Below are positions 13,597-24,576 of a stretch of 64,000 nt of DNA, piece after piece (positions within the stretch are counted from its first letter, which is position 1; the number at the start of each line of letters is the position of its first letter). A program made the position numbers and the translations under genes. Below the pieces are notes generated by a model. That model saw only the letters and a list, made by a program, of their open reading frames with translations. It was not told where the DNA came from and made no database searches. Origin of the DNA: Octopus vulgaris (lineage: Eukaryota); assembly GCA_951406725.2 (NCBI GenBank), contig OX597816.1:127286001-127350000 (forward strand), written 5' to 3'.

Positions 13597-13962
13597 GTGT
13601 ATGTGTGATCCCTTTCTTGTACTTTCTACTCAGTCAAATACTCAAAAGATGAAAACATGTACAATTAAATAATAGATATCAATTACCAAGCAGAAATAAC
13701 TAAAGAATCAACCTTTGTTCTATTGGGTCCCATCCATTATCTGCACTGTTCATCTAATGGATGAACTATGCAATTTCTGCATATAAACTATAAACAGCAG
13801 TACACACACACATTTATATATATAATATATATAATAATTTTTATGTATTAATCTAGTAAAGGTATTATTTAGTTTCTGAGAGAAGCTATTCATCATTATT
13901 GTGTTCCATCATCACGATAAGACTTTATATACGGATAAGTAAAAGTGAACTTGTGTTATCAT

Positions 13963-14134
13963 CAGGGCCAGCCCTAGGGTTGCTGGTGCCCTGGGCAAGC
14001 TGAACTTCAATGCCCTTACAAGTATTATTTATTTTTTAAAACTTTCACAAGAAGAACAACTGAAAAATGTAGACTAACATGCATATGGTGCCCTGGGTGA
14101 CTGCCTGAGTTGCTGGTAGCTTGAGCCAGCCCTG
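13963..14134. mobile_element. 172-bp hAT-type MITE
   Basis: Termini CAGGGCCAGCCC and GAGCCAGCCCTG (imperfect TIR), perfect 8-bp TSD GTTATCAT at 13955-13962 and 14135-14142, and internal GGTGCCCTGGG repeats. Confidence 0.88.
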
Positions 14135-15884
14135 GTTATCATCACTATTGTCTGCAGCATCAACATTTAACTTTCACTTTTCCACACTTGTATACTTACA
14201 CACAAGTGTGTGTGTGTGTGCACATGTTTGTATCTATTTATGTACTGAATAAGCCAACAATATAAGAAATCAAATATGGTCATTAAAAATATATTAGATA
14301 TACATTAATAAAACATTATTGCCTTATGTAATATCTTATGTTCATCATTGTGCTATCTGCTTTTAAACATGAGATACTAAGAATAATCTATTACAATAAG
14401 TTCATAAGTGAATAGATATATTATAAATATGTTTGCATGTGTATCTGAGAATGAAAATGTGTATGTAACAAAACCACCATGAACTATAAATTCTCAGAAC
14501 AAGTCTAATCGATACTGGAACTTAAATTTCAATGGAGGACAATCTGAAACAATAGGAATACAAGATACTGAAGGTTCATAACTAAAAACGTATAAAAACT
14601 AAATAGACACAACAAACATATACATCTCATCTTCAGCTGCCTAACGGATGTCATTATGGTTTTGCTACCTGAACAGTACTGTTCAATCAGTTGGTATCAA
14701 CAGTATCAAAAATATAAATGCTGCTTGAGAATAGAAGATAAGTCAAGGAGGGCCAAACATTAGCTCCATGTCTTCATTGAGTTGACACCTCTTATAGGTA
14801 CAAAGTATAAATACAAACAACGAATCTATAATATAAATTATCACTCAACTGCAGTTATCAAATATAGAAATAAAATGAAATAGAATTAAGTAAAGTATAG
14901 AAAATAGCAAAAGATAACAAAACAGACAGTGCTACCTAAAGAGCTATAGCATGAAAAACAATAGCACATAAGAAAAACGAAATGTAACAAGCAGAAATTA
15001 TTACGCATATAGACTGAAAAAAATTAAGTTATAAATATAAATCAATGAAATAGAGAAAAATAATATTAAAGAAAGGAATAATTTACCCCCACCCTCTCAT
15101 CCTGATCACTGTCCCATAACCAAAAAGAAGGGAGTGTACATCTGGTCATCAAAAAATACCAGAGTAGCAATATTTCAGTACCTAAATAAACAGAATATTT
15201 CATGCAGAAATAAAACTGTTATATATTTGCTTTTCTCCTTCCATGGGGCTAATAGCATCAATAATTTACTCAGATGGAATAGACTGTTTATGGCATATTG
15301 CACAAGAGTTTTAACATTGATTACTGACTTGTAATCAGGTACCTATAGCCTATTCTCTTACTCTCAATAAAATGGAGTTTCTACTTTTGATTATCATGTT
15401 TCTTTTATAGTTTTCTTTTCACTACATGATTCAATAATTCTATGTTAATATCATTCTTAGCTGAAATGTCACATCTATATTTAAAGTAATAGACTTTTTC
15501 CTTAATTATCTGTAGCTTACTGATTTTTGAAGCTACGAGTAGATGTACAAGTTTATTCATATCTGTTATAGTTCAAGAAAATTATATTTTGCATACACTG
15601 TACAATAAATGCATTAAATTAAAAACTCATTCAATGTTTTAATGACCATATTCCCTATCTAATTTTAATTTTGTGTAATACAATAGTAAAATTTGTTGGG
15701 GAAACATCATACATTTTATGAATCAAAATATACTCCATCTGGCCAGTTGGTATCAATTTTGAATCATAAAAGTTTTGAATCACTACATGGTCCAATAATA
15801 TATAAATATATAAAGTATTAAGTAATCCTCCAGTTTAATGTAAAATTGTTGTTATTATATCTTGACATCCAAATCAAATATCGA

Positions 15885-15887
<3 letters not shown>

Positions 15888-15934
<47 letters not shown>

Positions 15935-15945
15935 TGTGTGTGTGT
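15888..15945. repeat. (TG)n microsatellite
   Basis: Seen directly. Confidence 0.95.
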
Positions 15946-16053
15946 AAAAATCCAAACTGAGTGAGTTCACTGCTTAAGTTCCTACACGTGAATCCCTGGA
16001 TCATATTTTTATAATTTGATATATTTATGTGTATATATATATGTGTATATATA

Positions 16054-17971
16054 TTGCCAATGTCCAGCAATGTGAGGACCAAAGAACTGAGGTATTTCGT
16101 ATTGCTAGACAGTGTATGAGAGAAAATAGTGATGTTACAGGAGAGAAATGTGTCCGCATGGACGATGGAGCACTTGCTTTTAATGTTGGTGAAAAGAAAG
16201 AGGCTTGGAGAAGCCATTATGAAAGACTGCTGAATGTGGAGAATGAATGGGAGGAGGAGAGCCTGCCAAATGTTGACCCAGTAGAGGGACCAGCTATCCA
16301 GATAGAGAGCTCCCTTATAGTTAAGGCAATTAAGGATATGAAACCAGGTAAAGCCCCCGGCCCATCAGGTATCACTGCTGAAATGCTTAAAACAGCTGGT
16401 TATGTGGGCTATGGCCTAGTCACCTGTATTGTTAACCAGGTAGTTCATAATGGAGTCATACCCAATGACTGGCGTAGCAGCACCATAGTCAACTGCTACA
16501 AGGGTAAGAGTGATGCTCTAGATAGAAATAACTACAGAGGTATGAAACTGTTGGATCAGGTGATGAAGGTCACAGAGAGGGTCATAACCCATCTCATTAG
16601 GGAGAGAATTTGCTTAGATGAGATGCAGTTCGGTTTTGTGCCAGGTAGAAGCACCACTGATGCTATATTCCTGGTCCGACAACTGCAGGAGAAGTACTTA
16701 GCTAAAGATAAACCCCTCTACATAGCTTTTGTGGACTTGGAGAAAGCCTTTGACAGGGTTCCCCGATCCCTTATCTGGTGGTCGATGCGGAAACTGGAGA
16801 TTGACGAATGGCTAATAAGGGCTGTACAGGCTCTATACAGTGAGGCTGTCAGCAAGGTTAGGACTGACAACGAATATAGTGAAGAATTCCGGGTAGAAGT
16901 AGGTGTATACCAGGGCTCAGCCCTCAGTCCCCTTTTATTCATCATAGTCCTCCAGGCAATAACAGAGGAATTCAAAACAGGTTGCCCCTGGGAGCTCCTC
17001 TATGCTGATGACCTGGCCCTCATAGCAGAATCACTACCGGAACTAAAAAAGAAATTTCGGGTGTGGAAACAAGGGTTAGAATCAAAGGGCCTTAGAGTAA
17101 ATGTAGCGAAGACCAAAGTTATAGTATGCAGAAAAGCGAACTCAGCACACACCCCATCGGGCAGGTGGCCCTGCTCGAGCTGTAGGAAAGGTGTAGGTAG
17201 AAACTCCATAAGATGCACCCAGTGTAAGCTATGGACGCATAAGAGGTGCAGCAACATCAAAAGGAAATTAACTGATAAGATAGCTTTCATGTGCGGCAGA
17301 TGCACAGGGACAATAGACACCACAAATACTCAGAAAACAGATTCCATCACACTCCAAGGGGAGAAACTAGAAGTAGTTGATAGTTTCCGCTACCTGGGTG
17401 ACCAAGTTAGTAGTGGGGGTGGATGCTCAGAGAGTGTCACCACTAGAATACGAATAGCCTGGGCAAAGTTTAGAAAGCTCCTACCCCTACTGGCGACACA
17501 GGGTCTCTCACTCAGAGTGAAAGGTAGATTGTATGATGCATGTGTGTGAACTGCCATGCTTCACGGCAGTGAAACATGGGCCGTGACTGCAGAGGACATG
17601 CGTAGACTTGAAAGAAATGAAGCTAGCATGATCCGCTGGATGTGTAATGTCAGTGTGAATGCACGACAGAGTGTAAGCACCCTGAGAGAAATGCTAGGCA
17701 TAAGAAGCATCAGATGCGGTGTGCAAGAGCGACGCTTGCGATGGTATGGTCATGTACTGCGGATGGATGAGGAGAGATGTGTGAAGAAGTGCCACTCCCG
17801 AACAGTTAAAGGAATCAGGGGAGAGGTAGACCCAAGAAGACATGGGATGAGGTAGTCAAGCATGACCTCAGAGCGTTGGGCCTCACTGAGGCAATGGTGA
17901 AGGACCGAGATCTCTGGAGATGTGCTGTGATTACTAAGACCCGGGATGCTTCCGGCACCAGTTCCACATAG
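16054..17971 (+). pseudogene. RTE ORF2: reverse transcriptase with inserted PHD finger; one nonsense change and one frameshift
   Basis: KAPGPSGI, NYRGMKLL, QFGFVPGRSTTDAIF, FVDLEKAFDRV, GVYQGSALSPLLF, LLYADDLAL, FRYLG, LHGSETW, RRLRWYGHV. The in-frame TGA at 17547 looks like CGA>TGA. Frameshift near 17820 before GRPKKTW. Stop TAG at 17969-17971. Confidence 0.95.
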
Positions 17972-18096
17972 CCCCTGCCCATTCAAAGTACCTTGGATCC
18001 CGGAACATCTCGTTGTGCTTGAGGAGACCTGTTGAGTCAAGTGCATGTACATGAACATCGAACCAAATATCAATGGAAACAGTAGTTGTGATACCT

Positions 18097-18384
18097 GTGC
18101 CGGTGGCACATAAAAAGCACCATCTGAATGTGGCCATTGCCAGTGCCGCCTCGACTGGCTTCTGTGCCGGTGGCACATAAAAAGCACCATCCGAACGTGA
18201 CCGATGCCAACCCCACCTCGAATGGCTTCTGTGCCGGTGGCACATAAAAAGCACCATCCAAACGTGACCGATGCCAGCCCCGCCTCGACTGGCTTCTGTG
18301 CCGGTGGCACATAAAAAGCACCAACCGATCGTGACCGATGCCAGACCCCTCTGGCACCTGTGCAGGTGGCACGTAAAAAGCACC
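18097..18384 (+). repeat. Tandem array of 62-67 bp units in the RTE 3' UTR
   Basis: Units starting GTGC(C/A)GGTGGCAC at 18097, 18164, 18231, 18298 and 18360 (periods 67, 67, 67, 62; last unit partial). Confidence 0.95.
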
Positions 18385-18628
18385 CACTACACTCGTGGAG
18401 TGGTTGGCGTTAGGAAGGGCATCCAGCTGTAGAAACACTGCCAGATCAGACTGGAGCCTGGAGCAGCCCCTGGCTCCCCAGACCCCGGTTGAACCGTCCA
18501 ACCCGTGCTAGCACGGAAAACGGACGTTAAACGATGATGATGATATATATATATATATTTGTGTGTGTGTATATATATATATGTGTGTGTATACATATAT
18601 ATATGTATATATGTAAACATGTATAAGT

Positions 18629-18662
<34 letters not shown>

Positions 18663-18668
<6 letters not shown>

Positions 18669-18816
18669 GGCTTCTTTCAGTTTCCATCAATAAAATCCAC
18701 TAACAAGACGTTTTAGTTGGCCCAATGCTATAGTAGAAGACACCTGCCCAAGGTGACATGCAGTGGAACTGAAGCATGTGGTTGGGTAGCAAGCTTCTCA
18801 CCTCACAGCCATGCCT
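18663..18816 (-). mobile_element. SINE family A, 5' half only
   Basis: ATGGGCTTCTTTCAGTTTCC..CTATAGTAGAAGACACCTGCCCAAGGTG..CACAGCCATGCCT; truncated at the internal microsatellite. Confidence 0.85.
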
Positions 18817-19449
18817 AAGTATATGTGTGTATATATATGTATTCTTACCTGTGTCAGCACCTATATCTAAATTGTTCATGTTTGCTAGCTAATTCCCTAC
18901 CTACATTGACCATAATTTAGTCTTACTTTAATGATAATGTATCAAACCATATCCAGGCATTCTACTACCTAGATCAATACATTTGAATAATTCCCTGCCT
19001 TGTTAACCTTATCTCTTTCCACTTTTGGTGATAGATGATATATTGGACCATATTCAAACATTCTGCTATCTGTGAAAATACTTATTTTCCCATTGGTGAT
19101 AGCACCTTAAATTTTAAATAGTTCCTATATGATAACCTACACTTAACTTTACACTTGAATATTGAACTTACACTAATAAAGTTTAACCTTTATCAATACA
19201 AATGTATAATTCCCTATATTGGCTAATCATGATTTGGCTTCACTGGAGAAAGAGATAATGTATTGGGCCTTTTATGCACTCTGCTGTTTATAAAATACTT
19301 CATATATGTCAAAGTTCAACTTTCCAGTCTATCATATTTAATGCCTGAACCATTTTTTCATATTATTGAAGTTGCTACCCTATAATGATCACATGGTTTG
19401 GCAATTCTACACCTTCAAACTTCTATGTGCTGCTGTTTACATATAAATA

Positions 19450-19775
19450 GGGTTAAGACCCCCATCAGTCACGAATGACCATAGGATTACACCTAGCAAG
19501 TTCCCCTTTGAGGCACAAGTCTGGGAAAGGCTGTTTATGGAAGACTAGAAGTCACCCATTCATACCAGCCTCCCCTCTCCACACCAAGGAAAAGGCAAAG
19601 GCCTATATAGCAAGGCACCAGTGTTTTCACAATTCATTTCTACAGCTGAGTGAACTGGAACAATGTGAAATAAAGTGTCTTGCTCAAGAATACATCACAA
19701 AGCCCAGCCAGGGAATCAAACTCATTACCTTATGATTATGAGTCTGATGCTCTACCCACTGAGTCATGCACCTTC
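19450..19775 (-). mobile_element. SINE family B, body type 1
   Basis: tRNA-like head, then the shared CTTGAGCAAGACACTTTATTTCAC..CCAGTTCACTCAGCTG block, then a unique 3' body ending GGGGGTCTTAACC. Confidence 0.75.
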
Positions 19776-19892
19776 TCTGTTTGCATATACTTTAGGCATC
19801 ATTTCTTATTTATTGATATATATGAATCATTAACTCTGCTCCTATAATCCTGTTTTGGCAGATTGAGGTGTTTACATTACAGTATTTATACA

Positions 19893-20283
19893 CAGGAGTG
19901 GCTGTGTAGTAAGTAGCTTGCTTACCAACCACATGGTTCCAGGTTCAGTCCCACTGTGTGGCACCTTGGGCAAGTGCCTTCCTCTATAGCCTCAGGCTGA
20001 CCAAAGCCTTGTGAGTGGATTTGGTAGACAGAAACTGAAAGAAGCCCATCATATATATGTATATATGTGTGTGTGTGTATGTTTATCTGTGTTTGTCCCC
20101 CCACCGATGACAATCGATGCTGATGTGTTTATGTCCCTGTAACTTAGCTGTTCAGCAAAAGAGACCGATAGAATATGTTCTAGGCTTACAAAGAATAAGT
20201 CCTGGGGTCGATTTGCCCGACTAAAAGTGGTGCTCCTGCATGGCCGCAGTCAAATGACTGAAACAAGTAAAAGAGTAAAAGAG
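19893..20283 (+). mobile_element. SINE family A, full length
   Basis: A-box-like TGGCTGTGTAG, B-box-like GGTTCAGTCCC, CTTGGGCAAGTG (CORE-like), internal (TA)(TG) tract, tail AAACAAGTAAAAGAGTAAAAGA. Confidence 0.92.
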
Positions 20284-20467
20284 ATATGCATATATATGTA
20301 CCTATATACCTATATGTATGCCAATGAGTATGTGTGTGTATGTATACACTCCTTTATCTGATATGTATGTTTATATGCATATATGTGTATCCATATATGT
20401 ATTTCTGTCTGTGGGTTTGTGTGCTGTTGAATATGCCTATATAAGTATCTTTCTACTATCATTATAA

Positions 20468-20786
20468 CAGGCACTCTGTCAGTTACGGCAATGAGTGATC
20501 CAGTTGATCCGATCAATGGAACAGTCTGGTCATGAAATTAATGTGCAAGTAGTTGAGCACTCCAAAGACACACGTACCCTTAACATAGTTCTCAAGGAGA
20601 TTCAGCATGATTCAAAATGTGACAAGGCTGGCCTTTTTGAAATATGGGTATCACTCATTTTTGCCAACTGAGTGGACTGGAGTAATGTGAAATAAAGTGT
20701 CTTGCTCAAGAACACAAGTCACCAGAGATTCAACTTACAACCTTAAAATCCTGAGTCGAATACAATGACCAGTGAGCCACATGCCT
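20468..20786 (-). mobile_element. SINE family B, body type 2
   Basis: Same head and CTTGAGCAAGACACTTTATTTCAC..CCAGTCCACTCAG block as 19450-19775 and 36155-36417, with a different 3' body. Confidence 0.75.
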
Positions 20787-21584
20787 TTACTCTATCAATA
20801 TGAGTGTGTGTCTATGCAGTAATTATATATGTGCGTGAGTGTGTGTGTGTACATGTATATATATATGGTGTGTGCCTATATGTATGTATATGCCTCTATG
20901 GGTACATATGTGTATGCATTTCTGTTCATACATTTATTTGTATGTCATTTTTTATATTATATGTATGTGTCTTGATATATATGTAGTTATATATTATGAG
21001 TTTATACATATATAAGCATACATATGTTTGAGTGAGTACTGATGTTTATCTGTGTATATGTAGATTAATGAGATTATGAATGTTCAGCTATATGGGTGTA
21101 GTTGTGTATATTTTTCGTTTTATTATTTTATCATTCTAAATTTCTTCGTATTTTAATGCTTATAGGTATCTACCCACTTGTTAGGTTTGTTGACTTCAAT
21201 ACAGTTTATTGGAACACAAAGCATTTGAAAGTCATCTGACTTTTTAAACCTATTTGTAGTAACTGTTGATAAAAACTATCCCTTGGTTTAATTTTTACAT
21301 CTTCAGCTGCCTGTTCCCAACTGAATTCATGTATATTATATTTTATTTTATTGTTTATATGGCCAAGCCACTAAACTTAGATCTAACATTCTAATTGGTA
21401 ACATACAAATGTATTTATTATTTACATTCATTCTTTATTGTCAATACCAATCTAAATTTATCAATTATTGGTCTTTGATACATTGTATGTATAAAGGATG
21501 ATTTTTTTTTCATATATACAGCAGAGTTGAAGCATTGGTGTAACCATGATGTTCTGTTGATCTGAAGAGCTAGCCTTCTATATG

Positions 21585-21698
21585 TGCATTGATTTGTATG
21601 TGTACAATACTGCCATGCAATACGTAGCAAGTATATTGGTGCACCAATATACTTGCTACATATTGCATGGCAGTATTGTACACATACAAATCAATGCA
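21585..21698. repeat. Spacer-less palindrome with 57-bp arms
   Basis: Centre GGTG|CACC at 21641/21642. Arms pair throughout except one mismatch (21623 C vs 21660 A). Confidence 0.97.
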
Positions 21699-22552
21699 AA
21701 TATATATATATATATATATATGGTTACATTAAAACTAGTATATTCAGTTCTTATAAGATCATAATTCAGTACATAATTTCATTGTGGTTTGTACATCACA
21801 GTGAAGAATAGCATTTTAGTCTCATATTGTCCACTACAACATTTGGTTCAAGTGATTTCTCTCTAAAATGACACACAGTGATTATCTATAACTTATATAA
21901 CTATTACTAGAATTTTCATTTTATTTCAATATCTTATAGAGAGATGACTAAGGAAATCATTACCAGTAATTTTTGTTGGAAAATAATTTCAAAATATATT
22001 TTCATCCTTATAATTTTCACATGGAGGATATAATTTTACAAAAAATATCTTTAATCATAAATTGCCATAGTATTTTGGTGAAGAATATCTAAAAAAATTT
22101 TCCTTAAACCTAATTTTTCACACTATTTTATGTTAGATATCTTGTTTTAGATTCAGTAAAATTTAACACAAATACTAATTCACAGAAGAAAGTTTATAAT
22201 AGTTTCAAAACATGGTTATCTGATAAAATATCATACCTTTTGCTCATTAATATTTATAAATTTTCTATTGAAAACATTCCTTCCAAGCATATGATACATT
22301 ATTCCTTTCCTTAAAAGGAAAATTTTTTTTAAAATCGTTTGAAAACATTTCCGGGTAATATAAACCAGATGCTTATCTTAAATGTTCAATGTTAGAATCA
22401 AGAACTTATACTTTCAAATTTTTCAATACTATAAATTAATTTTTAAGTATACGGTATACAAATTAAAATTGTGAATTGCATATAAGTTCAAATACATGAT
22501 GAATAAATGAAATCAAATATGGTATTGGAATATGTATGTATATGTATGTGTC

Positions 22553-22598
<46 letters not shown>

Positions 22599-24576
22599 TA
22601 TACATATATGTATGTGTGTGTATGCATGTGTGTGTGTATGAAATGTCAGTTGGTTTCTATTCATAACCATTATCATTGTTATTTTATTTTGTATCTGTTT
22701 TACATATTTCATTTTCATTACCTTCTTCTTTAATTTTTAATTTTAGAGAAATATTTTTCAAAACTTTTATCTAATAATTATGCTCAGCAATATAATATTT
22801 ATTATAAAATTCTTTTAATATCAGACAAAACATTTATAAATAAACTATAGTGATAAAAAAATGGGTACGATTAAGAAAGCTTAAATATCTATTTGTGTTC
22901 AAGCAATGTCTAAGTCATGCTATACAGAAATTTCTTGCAAATGAAGCTCTTACATACATCCTCACACATACTTGATTGTATACAGTGGCAATAAAGTAAT
23001 GTGCATGCATTTGTATTGTATTTGCTTCTATTGTAAGGAACTTCAGTTGAGATTTTAGCCATTTGAAATATGTGATTAGATATTTTTAGTCTTATGAAAC
23101 ATATGCACTTTTATAGTCACTATTGTCTAACAGTTACTGGTATTGAAGTTTTTTTTTTATCATAAGTTCATTGGCTTCAGTTATACTTTATTCCAGTTTA
23201 TCTATGCACCATCTACTAATGTTTCATTCTTATATCCCAATTTTTTTCTTCTTTCTCTTTTGAGATAAGTGCCAGTAAATGCTTCAAGAAACAACTTATG
23301 TGACATAACTAATAAAATGTGTAGGTGATTGGTGATAATAAAGTGAATGGTATAAGAGTAGTAAAGAGGAAGATAAAAATGCATGTGTAAGTGTACTCAT
23401 GTTATGTTTCTAGAAGTTAGCTAGGCATGTTAAATGCAAGTCAATCATCTCTAAAATACAATATCATATTCGTATTATTCTAGTGATGTGTTCCGTCTGT
23501 CAAATGCATAGACATTGGTGTTTTTAATATTTAGCTTCTTTGTTATTGTTATAGAGTAGTTCCAGTCAGCTCTGCCTTAGCATTCATAATGTATGAAATA
23601 GATAATTCAATATTTATAATAAAAATATCTCATAGATCTATTTACTTATTTCAAGCCTTACATTAATGTAGGTCATGACTACACTACTGTGTCCTTCAAT
23701 TATTAGATTAATAAAGAAACTATCCTTTCCCAGCATTTTTGTTATAGACATTCTATCTTTATACAAATAATATCTTATGAACTTTGGTTTGTATTTATTG
23801 CTTCATGACAGTAATAGAGGTATTGAAAGAGCATTGAGTACCCCATCAGCAAGATGAAGCAGCTGCATTGCAACTCCTCTGCTAGTTTATGTCCATTTTG
23901 TCAATTATGTCAATTTCATTGTTGCTCCTTAGTAGATTTTGACTTGGTCACCTGTGCTGAAGTACTTGAAATGCTTTATAAAGGTTTAGCTGATCCAGTT
24001 AAATTACTGTATGAAAGTTCCCTTACCAGCTTGTCCAATTATGTAAAGATTAAAGAATAATAATCAGAAGAAAATTATAAGCTTATGGGTTAAAATATTA
24101 ATATTTCATGTCTAAATTTAATTTCTCTTTTGCAAATAAGGGGGGAAAATGCACATGGTATTCTAGTTATCTACCTTAATGTTAGCCAACTTCCTATTAA
24201 CAGAAAGTTAAACATTGTTAGGAGTTGTCAATAATTTAATCAAATCTTCAGTTAACTGATCCATTTGGACAATATTTGTACTGTCATGATTTCACTTATT
24301 CCTTAAAAGTTTCTTTTTCACTTTTGCTTTTAACAAAGTAGCAATACTCATATTGTTATTTTGTAAAACTTTCTATGTTGACATGTACTTGTTTTGATGT
24401 GATAAAATGTTACTGAAAATTAAATCTCATCTTGTAAATGGGGAAATATTATTATATCAGAATCTCAATAATCATTGGCTATGATTTCAAAAGCTATCTA
24501 GTAAGGATATAAAACATGTTCTGATTTGAATTGTATTCAACCACTCATCTATTTTACAATATCATTATACAAAATA

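Larger units (their letters stand above)
16054..18544 (+). mobile_element. 5'-truncated RTE-clade non-LTR retrotransposon, relatively young copy
   Basis: Long RT ORF, 3' UTR with tandem repeats, terminal stem-loop and (GAT)n tail at 18533-18544. Lies between TA/TG microsatellites. No AP-endonuclease domain (truncated). Confidence 0.95.

Noticed and set aside
14500-14645. Minus-strand GGCAGCTGAAGATG (also near 21298 and 42138) as a hammerhead half-core
   Set aside because: I could not close stem I or stem II around a downstream GAAA..UH, and 12-14-mer matches are expected by chance in 64 kb. It may still be a decayed Penelope end.
16029-16053. Annotated start of the 506-aa ORF (MYIYMCIYI)
   Set aside because: Comes from the flanking TA/TG microsatellite. 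The element is 5'-truncated, so this is not a genuine start.
18097-18384. CRISPR-like appearance of the repeat array
   Set aside because: Eukaryotic context, no cas genes, and the inter-hairpin segments are homologous to each other rather than unique spacers. It lies in a LINE 3' UTR.
17750-18501. Long overlapping minus-strand ORFs (143-186 aa), and similar ORFs at 42994-43432
   Set aside because: Antisense readings of the GC-rich tandem array, giving repetitive peptides with no protein-family features.
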